NCBI GenBank assembly: GCA_965215195.1
Contig: CBDCDC010000001.1
Span: 832,001 to 896,000 of the forward strand
DNA: 64,000 nucleotides
Origin: Candidatus Latescibacterota bacterium
Lineage (GTDB): Bacteria > Latescibacterota > UBA2968 > UBA8231
Reading direction: 5' to 3'
This document shows, piece by piece, positions 1 through 10,260 of this stretch (within the stretch, counting starts at the first letter, position 1; each line of letters begins with the position of its first letter). The position numbers and the translations under genes were made by a program. The notes under the pieces are model-generated. The model made no database searches. It was given only the letters and a program-made list of their open reading frames with translations, and was not told where the DNA came from.

Positions 1-1
1 C

Positions 2-3000
2 CTAAGCCCGGCGATCGACCAGCGAATACACAGTCGGGATCACCACGAGGGTGAGGAAGGTGGAAGAGACGAGACCGGCGATTACGGTCAGGGCCATCGG
101 CGTACGGATCTCGGCGCCCTCGCCCAGCCCCAAGGCCATGGGCAACAGCCCCAGGACCGTCGTCGCAGTGGTCATGGCGATCGGGCGCAGCCGCACGGCA
201 CCGGCTTGGATGATGGCCTCGGTCTTGTCCAAGCCGGTGCGGCGCAAGGTGTTGATATAGTCAACGAGCACGATGGCGTTGTTGACGACAATGCCGGCTA
301 GCATAATCAGGCCGATAAAGACCACCACGCTCAAAGACACCTGCGCCAGATAGAGCGCTACCACCACGCCGATCAGGGCCAAGGGCACCGTGAACATGAT
401 GACGAAGGGATGGACCAGCGATTCAAACTGGCTGGCCATTACCACATAGACGAGGAAGATCGCCAGCACCAAGGCGAAGTAGAGGCTCTGCAGCGAGGTC
501 TCCATCTCCTCGTTCTGGCCGCTGATCACAAAGTCGAAACCTAGCGGGAAGTCCATCCTCCCCAGTTCGTCGTGGATCAGGCCCGAGGCCGTGCCCAGAT
601 CAACGCCTTGGATGTTGGCCGTGACCACGGCGGCGCGCTGCTGGTCAATGCGGCGGATCTCGCTCGGCCCCTCGTTGACCCGGATATCGGCCACCGCAGA
701 AAGCGGAATGGGAATAGGAGCATTGGGGTTGATCACGAGGCGCCGCAGTTCGTCGAGCCCGAGGCGATCCTCCTCGCGCAGCCGCACCAGCACGTCGATC
801 TGGCGCTCGTCTTGGCGGAAGTCGGTGGCAACCTTGCCCTGTACCTTGTGGCGCACCAGCTCGGCGACATTGCGCAGCGATAGGCCGTAGGCCGCGAGTT
901 GGTCGCGCTTGTAGCTGATCTGTAGCTCGGGGTTGCCCGCTTGGAGCGACGATTTGACGTCGACTAGCCCGGGCAAGCCGGCCATCCGCGACTCGGCCTC
1001 CAAGCTCGCCTGACGCAACTGGCGCAGATTGTAGCCGCGGACTTCGACTTCGATGGGCGTCTTGAAGCTGAACAGGGCCGGATGCGAGACTTCGACCTCG
1101 ATTTCGGGTATATCGTCAACCGCGTCTCGCAGCCGCCGGATCAACGCGGTCTCTTGCGCGGCGCTGGACCCTTCCTGCATGCGGATTGTTATTTGGGCGG
1201 TGTGCTCGCCTTCTTCGGCCGAAGAACTCGCCGCCCGGTCAGTGCCCACCGTCGTTGCCACTCGCGCGACTTGGGGCTGCTCGTCGGCGATCCCTTCGAT
1301 CTGGCGCACGATCTCGGCGGTCTCTTCCAGCGGCGTACCCACCGGCAGCCGGAGGTCGAGGTTGAATTCAGCTTGGTGAACTTGGGGAATCAGTTCGGTG
1401 CCCAGCTCGGGAACGAGCTTGTACCAGCAGACCAGCAGAGCGGCTAGGGCACTGCCGATAATCAGCAAGCGCTGCCTGAGCGCCCAGCCCAACAGGGCCG
1501 GATAGGTCTGCTGCACCAAGCCGAAGCCGCGTTCAAACGCAAAGAGCAGCGGCAAAAAGACCGGCAGCAGCAGCAGGCCTAGCAGAAACAACACCAGCAC
1601 CAGCACCAGCCCGACGAGCATCAGCGCCACGTGCAGGACGATGCCCACCAGCCTGAGCACCATGCCAAAGACGAAGCGCACGGCCACCAGATAGACCATC
1701 GCCAGCGGTAGCGACGAGCATTTGAGTGCCTTCCACACTAGGTGCTCGGACCGGTTCACCCAGCGCCAGTAGCCCTGCACAGCCTCGCCGAGGATGCGCG
1801 GCGACTCAAAGCCCAAGATGCCCGGCCAGACGCGCTCGAAGAAGGTCCACTGGCCAATGCGGCTTTCGGCGGCCCAAGCACCGATCCAGCGCTGAAAGGT
1901 CCGCTCGCGCTTGAGCCAGAAGTACTCGATGGGTTTGATCAGCCACCACAACAGCTCGCAGACGAGGAGAAAGGCTCCTTTGAGTACCGCCGCCACGAGG
2001 GTCGCCGCGGCCAGTCCCACCCGCAACAGGACCTCGCCGATTAAGTAGGGCAGCGAAAGGGCCACCGGCAGCACCTTGCGCCACCGGCTCCCCGGCTCGC
2101 TGAAAATCGCACGGGCCCGGCTCAGCGCCCGCAGGCGCAGAAAGTCGCTGCGACCGATCTGCGCGGCCAACCCGCCTTGGCGGTCAATTTGGCGCGAGGC
2201 CAGCATGGGAATGAAAAACAGCGCCACCCCCAACGAGGCCAACAGCGAGAATACCACCGTCAGCGCCATATCGCCGAAAATTTGCCCAGCCACGCCCTCG
2301 ACGAAGACGATGGGGAAAAACACCGTGATTGTCGTCAGGGTTGAGGCAAACACCGCGGTGCCGACCTCGCCGGTGCCGCGGACGGTGGCTTGGACCAGAT
2401 CGTCCCCTTCTTCCCGACAGCGGAAGATGCTCTCCAGCACCACGATCGAGTTATCGACCAGCATCCCGATTCCGAGGGCCAATCCGCCGAGCGACATGAT
2501 ATTGAGCGACACGTCGAACATGTACATCGGCGCGAAGGTCGCCATGATAGACACCGGGATCGTCAGGCCGACGATCAGGGTGTGGACCACGTTGCGCAAA
2601 AACACAAAGAGCACTAGCACGGCCATGGTCCCGCCGATGAGCGCATTGATCTGGACCTCGGTGATCGAATTCTCGATAAAGCCCGACTGATCGGACAACA
2701 GCTCCAGCTTAGCTCCGGGGGGCAGGCGATGGGCGATGAAGTCGGTCATCCGCAAATGCTCCATGGCCTTGCGGGCGGCCTCCTCCTTCTTGGCCTGTAG
2801 TTCCTTTTGTTGCTCTTCCTTGTTCTTTTTTGCCGCAGCGTTTTCAGCTTCTGGCCTTTTTTGCTCCTCGCCGCCCTGCGCCCTTTCTCGGGCCATCCGC
2901 TCCACATACGCACGCTGCTGCGGCAGCCCGTAGAGCGCGTGGCGCACCCGCTCGGCCACGGCGACGATATTGGCGTCGCCTTCCTTGTATATTTCGATCT

Positions 3001-3838
3001 CGACGCTCTCTCGGCCGTTGACCCGGGTGATGATCTCGCGGTCCTTGTGCGAGCGGCTTACCTCGGCGATATCGCGCAGGTAAACATCGGCGTCGCCGTG
3101 CCGCGCCACGATCAACTCGGCGATCTCCTCGACGGTGGCAAACTCGTTGAGCGTGCGGATTAGGTATTCGACTTGACCCTCGCGCAAGTTGCCGCCGGGC
3201 AAATTGACGTTGTTCTGGGCGAGGCGGTTGTTTATCTGATTGATGTCCAAGCCCATCACCGAGATCTGGCGCTCGTTGAGTGCAACGTGGATCTCCTCCT
3301 CCAAGCCGCCCTTGATCTTGACTGCCGCTACCCCGGCCAGCGCCTCCAATTCGCGCCTGATTTCGCTTTCGGCTAGGTAGCGCAGCGCGTACAGGTCCTG
3401 CGGGCCGTGCAGGCCGATGCGCATGATCGGGTCTAGGGAGGGGTCGTAGCGCAGCAGGAGGGGTTTCTCGGCGTCTTGGGGCAACCAGACGCGGTCGGCC
3501 TTCTCGCGGATCTCTTGAGACATCGCGTTCATGTCGGTGTCCCATTCAAATTCGAGGATGATGTCCGACTGCCCGGCCTTGGAGATGGAGCTAATGTTGA
3601 CGAGGTGAGGCACAATGCCCAGTTCCTGCTCCAAAGGGCGGGAGAGCAGGGTTTCGACTTCCTCGGGTGCCGTACCCGGATATTCGGTGCGCACCGTCAG
3701 GGTCGGGTAGGAAATGTCGGGCATCAGGTTCAGGGAGAGCCGCTGATAGGAGACCCAGCCGAAAACGCAGACGGCCAGCACCACCATGAGAATGGCGACT
3801 GGCCGCCGGGTTGCAATAGCGAAGCGAGATGTGCTCAC
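2..3838 (-). CDS. RND efflux transporter permease (AcrB/AcrD/AcrF family) with two insertions
   Basis: N-terminal RRPVAILM..., P-x-EVE, GMLVDNSIVVLE and GIVVNNAIVLVD transmembrane motifs, RLRPIAMT. 1278 aa, longer than typical. Confidence 0.95.
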   Translation of the reverse strand: MSTSRFAIATRRPVAILMVVLAVCVFGWVSYQRLSLNLMPDISYPTLTVRTEYPGTAPEEVETLLSRPLEQELGIVPHLVNISSISKAGQSDIILEFEWDTDMNAMSQEIREKADRVWLPQDAEKPLLLRYDPSLDPIMRIGLHGPQDLYALRYLAESEIRRELEALAGVAAVKIKGGLEEEIHVALNERQISVMGLDINQINNRLAQNNVNLPGGNLREGQVEYLIRTLNEFATVEEIAELIVARHGDADVYLRDIAEVSRSHKDREIITRVNGRESVEIEIYKEGDANIVAVAERVRHALYGLPQQRAYVERMARERAQGGEEQKRPEAENAAAKKNKEEQQKELQAKKEEAARKAMEHLRMTDFIAHRLPPGAKLELLSDQSGFIENSITEVQINALIGGTMAVLVLFVFLRNVVHTLIVGLTIPVSIMATFAPMYMFDVSLNIMSLGGLALGIGMLVDNSIVVLESIFRCREEGDDLVQATVRGTGEVGTAVFASTLTTITVFFPIVFVEGVAGQIFGDMALTVVFSLLASLGVALFFIPMLASRQIDRQGGLAAQIGRSDFLRLRALSRARAIFSEPGSRWRKVLPVALSLPYLIGEVLLRVGLAAATLVAAVLKGAFLLVCELLWWLIKPIEYFWLKRERTFQRWIGAWAAESRIGQWTFFERVWPGILGFESPRILGEAVQGYWRWVNRSEHLVWKALKCSSLPLAMVYLVAVRFVFGMVLRLVGIVLHVALMLVGLVLVLVLFLLGLLLLPVFLPLLFAFERGFGLVQQTYPALLGWALRQRLLIIGSALAALLVCWYKLVPELGTELIPQVHQAEFNLDLRLPVGTPLEETAEIVRQIEGIADEQPQVARVATTVGTDRAASSSAEEGEHTAQITIRMQEGSSAAQETALIRRLRDAVDDIPEIEVEVSHPALFSFKTPIEVEVRGYNLRQLRQASLEAESRMAGLPGLVDVKSSLQAGNPELQISYKRDQLAAYGLSLRNVAELVRHKVQGKVATDFRQDERQIDVLVRLREEDRLGLDELRRLVINPNAPIPIPLSAVADIRVNEGPSEIRRIDQQRAAVVTANIQGVDLGTASGLIHDELGRMDFPLGFDFVISGQNEEMETSLQSLYFALVLAIFLVYVVMASQFESLVHPFVIMFTVPLALIGVVVALYLAQVSLSVVVFIGLIMLAGIVVNNAIVLVDYINTLRRTGLDKTEAIIQAGAVRLRPIAMTTATTVLGLLPMALGLGEGAEIRTPMALTVIAGLVSSTFLTLVVIPTVYSLVDRRA

Positions 3839-3842
3839 GGGC

Positions 3843-5006
3843 CTAGCCTTGGTCCGCGTTGTCGGCTGAGTTGACTACGCGCACCCGCGTACTGTCCTTG
3901 AGGCCGTTTTGCCCGACGACGATGATCGGGGTGCCGGAGTCGATGCCGGCGAGTGCTTCGATAAAGTCGGCGTCCTCGAACCCGGGCTGTAGCTTGATCC
4001 GCGCGGCCGTAGTGTCCTCAACGGCGAACACGAACCGATCGCCGCCATCGTACACGATCGCCTGCTTGGGTATCAACACGGCGTCGGTGTGCGTGGCGGT
4101 GACGATGCGCACGTTGACGAAGAGGCCGGGCCGCAAGTACTCCCAGCGGTCGCGCAAGCCCACGGTTACCTTGAAGGTTCCGCTGCGCGGATCGACTACC
4201 GGGCTGATGCGCTTGACCCAGCCTTGGAACTGCTTGTCGGGCAAAAGCTCCGAGGTGATAAGGGCCTGCTGGCCGCTGCCGATGGTGGTGAGGTGCTGGC
4301 CGGGCGCGAAGACGCGGGCGATTAGGTCGTCGAGCTTGATTAGGTCGTAGAGCTTGCTACTCGGCCCCACGCGCGCACCGACTTGCACGTAGCGCTCGGT
4401 GATCACGCCGGAAAACGGCGCGATGATTTCTGCGTACTCCAGCTCTAGGCGAGCGCGCGCTAGCCGGAGGCGGGATTGTTCAAAGTTGTATTTGTTGGTC
4501 TCGAACTCTTGGTCGCTGATGAGGTTGCGCTCAAACATGGCCTCGGTGCGCTTGAAGCCGGTCTGCTGATAGTCGTAGTTGGCTTGGGCTTCCTCCGCGG
4601 CGATGCGCAACTGCTTGTCCTCAATGCGGAGGAGGGTGTCGCCCGCCTCGACGCGGTCGCCCGCCTCCACTCTGAGCTGCTTGACGAGGCCGCTGATTTG
4701 GGGGTAAATCTCGACGGCCGCTTCGGTCTCGATTGTCGAGTTGAAGAGCAGATGCGCGGAAATCTCGCCCGTGTGTGCGAGGGCGACTTCGACGGGCACC
4801 GCTTCTATGGGCTTGGATAGGCTGTCGGCGGCCGTGCTGTCGGCTTGGGCCGCTGGGTCTGGGCGGTCGTCCTCGCCTTGCCGGCCCGCTTGTGCACCGC
4901 AAGCCCCCAAAATTGCTGCTAACAACAGTACGCCTGCTCTGTGCCGTGCGTTCAAAATCGTCTTTCTCCGGGGTCTGTGGGCTTGTAGGGGACGAAAGTC
5001 GTGCAT
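3843..5006 (-). CDS. RND efflux periplasmic adaptor (membrane fusion protein), lipoprotein; true start may lie downstream of 5006
   Basis: Lipobox ILGAC, lipoyl motif GDRVEAGDTL, IIAPFSGVI, ISPVVDPRSGT. Adjacent to the RND permease. Confidence 0.92.
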   Translation of the reverse strand: MHDFRPLQAHRPRRKTILNARHRAGVLLLAAILGACGAQAGRQGEDDRPDPAAQADSTAADSLSKPIEAVPVEVALAHTGEISAHLLFNSTIETEAAVEIYPQISGLVKQLRVEAGDRVEAGDTLLRIEDKQLRIAAEEAQANYDYQQTGFKRTEAMFERNLISDQEFETNKYNFEQSRLRLARARLELEYAEIIAPFSGVITERYVQVGARVGPSSKLYDLIKLDDLIARVFAPGQHLTTIGSGQQALITSELLPDKQFQGWVKRISPVVDPRSGTFKVTVGLRDRWEYLRPGLFVNVRIVTATHTDAVLIPKQAIVYDGGDRFVFAVEDTTAARIKLQPGFEDADFIEALAGIDSGTPIIVVGQNGLKDSTRVRVVNSADNADQG

Positions 5007-5063
5007 TACTTAACAATTATTCAACCCTGCAAAGTGCACATTGTCAAATGGAGGTGAGATATC

Positions 5064-5486
5064 GTGAGCTATCAAAACGTCAGTCCCAGTGAGGCGAAGG
5101 AATTGCTCGCCGGCGCCGCGGGCGCGGTCTATATCGACGTCCGATCCGTCCCGGAATACGAGAGCGGCCATCCGGCCGGCGCGTTCAACATCCCCATCAT
5201 GCAACGCCACGCCGTAGGCATGGTTCCCAACCCGGATTTCGTCCGGGTAGTGCAAGCCCATTTTGCCGCGGATGCCAAGCTCCTCGTCGGCTGCCAGTCG
5301 GGCGCACGCTCCATGCGCGCTTGTGAGGCCCTCGTCGCCGCGGGCTTTGCGGAGGTGGCCAACGTCACGGCCGGCTTTGGCGGGTCGCGCACCGAGCGCG
5401 GCTGGCTGGAGCTCGGCTTTCCAGTCGAATTCGGCGCCAGCGACGACAAAGGCTACGCAGCCCTAAGCGGCGATTCGGGCGCGTGA
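5064..5486 (+). CDS. Rhodanese-like sulfurtransferase
   Basis: IDVR...EY..GH..GA.NIP and active-site loop CQSGARS. GGAGG RBS upstream. Confidence 0.9.
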   Translation: MSYQNVSPSEAKELLAGAAGAVYIDVRSVPEYESGHPAGAFNIPIMQRHAVGMVPNPDFVRVVQAHFAADAKLLVGCQSGARSMRACEALVAAGFAEVANVTAGFGGSRTERGWLELGFPVEFGASDDKGYAALSGDSGA

Positions 5487-6196
5487 GCGCGTTGCTCAAT
5501 CCCTATTTTCAGGTGGGGCTCGACGTGATGGACCAGCCCTGCTTAGTCATCGGCGGGGGGCGCGAGGCCGAGGACAAGGCCGGTCGCCTGCTAACTGCCG
5601 GTGCGCGCTTGACGGTGGTAAGCCCCAGCGCGACGCCCGCGCTCGTCGAATGGGCTGCGGCCGGTCGCCTCACGCACCGCCCGCGCCGCTTTGCCGAGCG
5701 CGACCTCGACGGCGTGTTCCTGGTGCTGAACACCGTGCGCGACCACGCGCTGACGGAGCGAGTGCATGAACTCGCTTTGGCGCACAAGGCCCTGATCAAC
5801 TCCTACGACAACCCGGCCTATTCCAACGTGGGCATGGCGGCCTTGGTGCATCCGGGCCACTTGCGGCTGAGCATCTCCACCTCCAACGCCAGCCCGGCGC
5901 TATCCCGCCGCTTGCGGCAAGATCTCGAAGAGATTTTTGACGAGGAATTTGCTGCGTACCTCGACTGCTTGGCCGAGGCTCGCCAACGGGTGCGCGCAAA
6001 CGTTGCCGACCAGGAGACGCGCTTTGCCCTGCTGCGCTCTTTGGTCAGCGGCTTCCGCTTGGAAGGGACGCTGCGCTATCCCGCCGACTGGAAGCGGCAC
6101 GTAAAGGCCCTGCTGACGTGTGAGTTGGAATGTTGTGGGACGGAGGAGCGGTGTGCGGATTGTCCAGTGGGAACTGGCGATGTCTGTAGGCAGTAG
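5483..6196 (+). CDS. Precorrin-2 dehydrogenase/sirohydrochlorin ferrochelatase (CysG N-terminal/SirC-Met8 type) with Cys-rich tail
   Basis: LVIGGG..A..K Rossmann motif, ISTSNASPALSRRLR. 4-bp overlap with the rhodanese gene. Confidence 0.85.
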   Translation: MSALLNPYFQVGLDVMDQPCLVIGGGREAEDKAGRLLTAGARLTVVSPSATPALVEWAAAGRLTHRPRRFAERDLDGVFLVLNTVRDHALTERVHELALAHKALINSYDNPAYSNVGMAALVHPGHLRLSISTSNASPALSRRLRQDLEEIFDEEFAAYLDCLAEARQRVRANVADQETRFALLRSLVSGFRLEGTLRYPADWKRHVKALLTCELECCGTEERCADCPVGTGDVCRQ

Positions 6197-6261
6197 GGCG
6201 AGTAGATTTTCGTCGCGGACGCGAACTGTCTTGTACTTCAATCAGAAAGGAAGAATGTGCA

Positions 6262-6702
6262 ATGCGGACCGATCTTTTTTATTTAGTCGCCCTGTTAGCC
6301 TTCGGCATGCTCGCCTGCGGTGAGGTCAGCGTCGAAGGGTCGGTAGGGCCAGAGGTGCTGATAGAGTCGCCAGCGGAAAGGGTGCTCATCGAGCAGAGCG
6401 TATCTGCTTCGTCCTATGACGCGGAAGGTAAAATCACTATAAGGGATGAGCGGATAACGCCAACAACCTTTGAAGTTCTTTATCTCAAGGTAACATCCTC
6501 CGGTGGAGTAGAATACGTCCCGGTGGAGCTTGAATCCGAGGAGAATGAACGAGAGGCTGCGGTGCTCTTCATCAGCGAGGGTGTTCTCGTCATCAGCGAC
6601 CCTGATAGGACGCTCTTGAGAGTAACGATAAGCAAGATAGCAGAACGTATAGAGGGAGCAACTTTTGAGTTGGCGGTTTTAGTATCGATAGTGTCGCAGT
6701 AG
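6262..6702 (+). CDS. Hypothetical lipoprotein
   Basis: Signal peptide ending MLAC, AGGA RBS, lower GC than neighbours. Confidence 0.6.
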   Translation: MRTDLFYLVALLAFGMLACGEVSVEGSVGPEVLIESPAERVLIEQSVSASSYDAEGKITIRDERITPTTFEVLYLKVTSSGGVEYVPVELESEENEREAAVLFISEGVLVISDPDRTLLRVTISKIAERIEGATFELAVLVSIVSQ

Positions 6703-6706
6703 GTCG

Positions 6707-9700
6707 TTATCGATCGCGCACTGTGCGATATACTTGCTCTAGCAAGGCGTCCACGATGACGTGGCGCATGGCTTCGTCGGCCATGAAGTCGTTGACGATC
6801 TTTTGGTTTCGGCCTTGTCGTTGAATAAAGGCTTTCACGACCTCGGGTTCAAAAACCTGCTTGAACTGCGCCATGGAGTTGGCCTGCGCCTGTTCGGCGA
6901 GCCGCGCATTTTGGGCCATATCGCCTGAGATTTGCTCAAACAGCAACTTATCCTCATCCGTCCAGTAGGTGCCAAAGCGCTCGTTGATCGCTTCGATGAT
7001 GGACGATAGCGGGGTGGTGTGATCTTCTTTGGGTTGTGCCGTGCCCACATCGCTGGCACCATAGACCGGGTTTCTTTCATACGCCTCCAAAGCCCCGCTA
7101 CCAGAAAAGGTCCGTTCATTGCGGTAGTGGGAGAGTGCAACTTCGTCGTCGAGTGCCAACATGCCATCCCCTGAGCGACGCGGCAGTTTGGCGAGTAGAT
7201 ACCGCCCATAGGCATAGAGTTTCTCCAGACCGAGGTCCTGCCAGTCGATGATCTGGCTCAAAAAGCCGTACAGCCGCACAAAGCTGTGCAGGGTGCTTTT
7301 GAACGTCTCGCCTTCTTCGGCAGAGGGGTCGCCGTATTCGCGCTTGAACCGTTCTACGGCGGGGTCGATCCATCTGTTAAGCCGGCCGTGATCGCGCTCG
7401 GTTTGCAGGGGCCGAGGCTTGAAGTAGGTCCGCACAAATTCGTCGATTTCACTGTCGCGCAGCACGGGTGCGCTTTTCAGTTTTGCGTCGAGCGTATATA
7501 GGTGATTCGGATCGGTGGGTTCGTCGATTTCCGTCTGTTCGCAATAGGGTTTGAACGCCTCTTTGATTTCGTCGATTTCATTGGCAAAATCGAGCACAAA
7601 GGTGTCCACTTTTCCCCGGGCGGTGCGGTTGAGCCGCGAGAGGGTTTGCACGGCTTTGAGGTCTGCCAGTCGCTTATCGACGAACATGGTGTGCAAAAGA
7701 GGTTGATCGAATCCCGTCTGATATTTTTCGGCGACGATCAATATCTGATATTCGGGAGTGGCAAAATAGGCGGGCAGTTCTCTTTCGCTGATGCCGTTAA
7801 TAGTCGCTTCCGTGTACTGCTTGTCCTCGACGTCTGGGTCCATAACGGTTCCCGAAAACGCCACGAGTGTTTTGACATCGGCGTATCCCTTGGCGGCGAT
7901 GTATTTGTCAAAAGCCTGTTTGTAGCGCACCGCATGTAGGCGCGAGCGCGTGACGAGCATGGCCTTGCCTGCCCCATTGATCTTCTTGCGGGTGAAGGTG
8001 CGAAAATGCTCGACCATGATTTCCGTTTTTTGCGCGATGTTGTAGGGGTGTAGGCTCATAAACCGCGCAATGGCCTTCTTGGCTTTGTGCTCATCCACCT
8101 CGGGATCGTCTTCAATGGCTTTGGACAGTTTGTAATACGTCTTGTACGTGGTGTAGTGTTCGAGCACGTCGTGGATGAAGCCTTCTTCAATGCCCTGACG
8201 CATGGCGTACAGATGGAACGGCTGCGGATTGCCCGCTGCATCGCGCACCCCAAACATTTCGAGCGTTCTGTGTTTGGGGGTTGCCGTGAAGGCATAGAAG
8301 CTGATGTTGGGCTGCGGCCCTCGGCTCTTGGCTGCTGATAGAATGAGGTCTTCCACGTCGGGTGGAGCATGGGCTTCCTCTGATTCTGCCGCGGCGAGCA
8401 GGGCTTTCTCGCTGTGCTTTCCATGGCCGAGTACGCGGCGAAGGTTGCTCGCGCTTTGGCCGCCCTGACTGCTGTGGGCTTCATCGACGATTACCGCGAA
8501 TGTTCGCTCGGACAGGTCTTTGACTTTGCCCATTAAAAAAGAGAACTTTTGCAAGGTCGTAATGATGATCTTTGTGCCCTTGTTGAGTTCGGCGGCCAGA
8601 TCACTCGAATTGCGGTCTTCGTCGATTTTGACCACTACGCCTTGCTTGTGTTCGATTTGATAGATGTTGTCCTGCAACTGCTTGTCGAGGTTACGGCGGT
8701 CGGAAACGACGACTACCGAGTTGAAAATGGGGCGGTCGGAAGCGTCGTGGACACTGGCCAATTGATGGGCAAGCCAGGCGATGGTATTGGTTTTGCCTGA
8801 GCCGGCACTGTGTTGGATCAGGTAGTTGTGCCCCACGCCTTTGGCTCGGGTGGCTGTGACCAAGCCGCGCACCGCCGTGAGTTGGTGATAGCGGGGAAAG
8901 ATGAGCGTTTCTGTGGTGGTGGTTTTGCCGGTGATAGCGGTGGCTTTTTCAACTTGCAGGTGAATAAAGCGGTGGATGGTGTCGAGCCAACGGTCGCGCT
9001 GCCAGACCTCTTCCCACAGGTAGCCGGTTTTGTATCCCGTCTGATACGTGTGGTCGTCGGGATTGCCTTTGCCGCCGTTGTCGCCCGTATTGAAGGGCAG
9101 GAAGAAGGTCTTGTTGCCAGCTAGCCGGGTGGTCATGTAGGCTTCGTCGGTATCGACGGCAAAATGCACCAAGGCGCGTTTCTTGTAGTGGATCAAGGGC
9201 GTTTTCGTTGTGGGTACGCGATCTTTGATGTACTGGCGAATGGCGTGGCTGGTGCGCTGGCTGGTGAAGGCGTTTTTGAGTTCGACCGTGGCTATGGGCA
9301 GGCCGTTGAGGGACAGGAGCAGGTCGATGGAATGGTTGCTGTCCAAGTCATAACGCACTTGTCGCATCACGGTGAGGCGATTCTGCTGGTAGCGTTTTTC
9401 CGTTTCTGGGTTCAGGCGGGTCGGCGGGCGAAAATAGGCCAAGCAAAGATATTGCCCCCGGTCGCGCACCCCGTTGCGGACCACATCGAGCAAGCCGCGC
9501 TTGTCGCACTCAGCGGCGATGCGCTTGACGACTGCATCCTCCACATGGCTGCCGTAGCTGATTTTGAGGGCGTCGAGCGCGTTGGGTTGGGTTTCTCTGA
9601 GAAACGCCAGTAGGGTGTGTTTGTCGAGAGCGAGTTCGGGATCGAACTGGCGGTTGTCGGCGCGGGTATATCCGGCGTGCTCTACCAGCCATGCTTCGAT

Positions 9701-9742
9701 GGCGTCTTCAAAGGCTTTTTCGGATGTGGGGTTGCCAATCAT
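6707..9742 (-). CDS. hsdR: Type I restriction endonuclease subunit R
   Basis: IDLLLSLNGLPIATVELKN nuclease motif, HSAGSGKT Walker A, VIVDEAHSSQ, TATP, TGFDQP, QTLSRLNR. Confidence 0.96.
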   Translation of the reverse strand: MIGNPTSEKAFEDAIEAWLVEHAGYTRADNRQFDPELALDKHTLLAFLRETQPNALDALKISYGSHVEDAVVKRIAAECDKRGLLDVVRNGVRDRGQYLCLAYFRPPTRLNPETEKRYQQNRLTVMRQVRYDLDSNHSIDLLLSLNGLPIATVELKNAFTSQRTSHAIRQYIKDRVPTTKTPLIHYKKRALVHFAVDTDEAYMTTRLAGNKTFFLPFNTGDNGGKGNPDDHTYQTGYKTGYLWEEVWQRDRWLDTIHRFIHLQVEKATAITGKTTTTETLIFPRYHQLTAVRGLVTATRAKGVGHNYLIQHSAGSGKTNTIAWLAHQLASVHDASDRPIFNSVVVVSDRRNLDKQLQDNIYQIEHKQGVVVKIDEDRNSSDLAAELNKGTKIIITTLQKFSFLMGKVKDLSERTFAVIVDEAHSSQGGQSASNLRRVLGHGKHSEKALLAAAESEEAHAPPDVEDLILSAAKSRGPQPNISFYAFTATPKHRTLEMFGVRDAAGNPQPFHLYAMRQGIEEGFIHDVLEHYTTYKTYYKLSKAIEDDPEVDEHKAKKAIARFMSLHPYNIAQKTEIMVEHFRTFTRKKINGAGKAMLVTRSRLHAVRYKQAFDKYIAAKGYADVKTLVAFSGTVMDPDVEDKQYTEATINGISERELPAYFATPEYQILIVAEKYQTGFDQPLLHTMFVDKRLADLKAVQTLSRLNRTARGKVDTFVLDFANEIDEIKEAFKPYCEQTEIDEPTDPNHLYTLDAKLKSAPVLRDSEIDEFVRTYFKPRPLQTERDHGRLNRWIDPAVERFKREYGDPSAEEGETFKSTLHSFVRLYGFLSQIIDWQDLGLEKLYAYGRYLLAKLPRRSGDGMLALDDEVALSHYRNERTFSGSGALEAYERNPVYGASDVGTAQPKEDHTTPLSSIIEAINERFGTYWTDEDKLLFEQISGDMAQNARLAEQAQANSMAQFKQVFEPEVVKAFIQRQGRNQKIVNDFMADEAMRHVIVDALLEQVYRTVRDR

Positions 9743-9818
9743 TGTGGAACCTCATGCTGCCGATACATCACTTGCTCAAAAAATGGCCTCGATCAAGTAA
9801 GCGGATATATTACTTTGC

Positions 9819-10244
9819 TCAAACCTTTCCCACCATTTCCGTGAAATCCATAGTCGGTAATTTTCTGATCGCCGCCTCAGTGCGTTTTAAGAGCCTTTCG
9901 GCATTCTTGGGACTTTCAAAGTATCCTGCCCAACGACCAATCGGTTCAAGTACGTAATCTGCTTGGCGACGTGCTTCATAAAGCTGGCTGAGAAGTTGTC
10001 CTAAATTGTGCAAGTCGGAATTGTTTGATGAATCCAAAAGATTCTTTAGGTTTCCATGATCGATTCGGTCATTGCGCCCATGGGTCGCCTTGCCTTCCCG
10101 CGTACGTATTTCAGTTCTTATAGCAAGAAAAAGCGCGTAATACCCACGCCCAATGGCAGTTCTCGTTCGGGCTTCTTTGTCAATACCACCTTGTCGCGTT
10201 ATTGATCGCCCAACTTTGGCGAATAATGCTGGATCGAAACTCAT
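9819..10244 (-). CDS. HEPN-domain protein (putative RNase toxin), 141 aa from MSFDP
   Basis: RTAIGRGYYALF helix and RRQADY (RxxxxY/H) motif typical of stand-alone HEPN proteins. Confidence 0.75.
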   Translation of the reverse strand: MSFDPALFAKVGRSITRQGGIDKEARTRTAIGRGYYALFLAIRTEIRTREGKATHGRNDRIDHGNLKNLLDSSNNSDLHNLGQLLSQLYEARRQADYVLEPIGRWAGYFESPKNAERLLKRTEAAIRKLPTMDFTEMVGKV

Positions 10245-10260
10245 CTTATCTAAATTTCGG

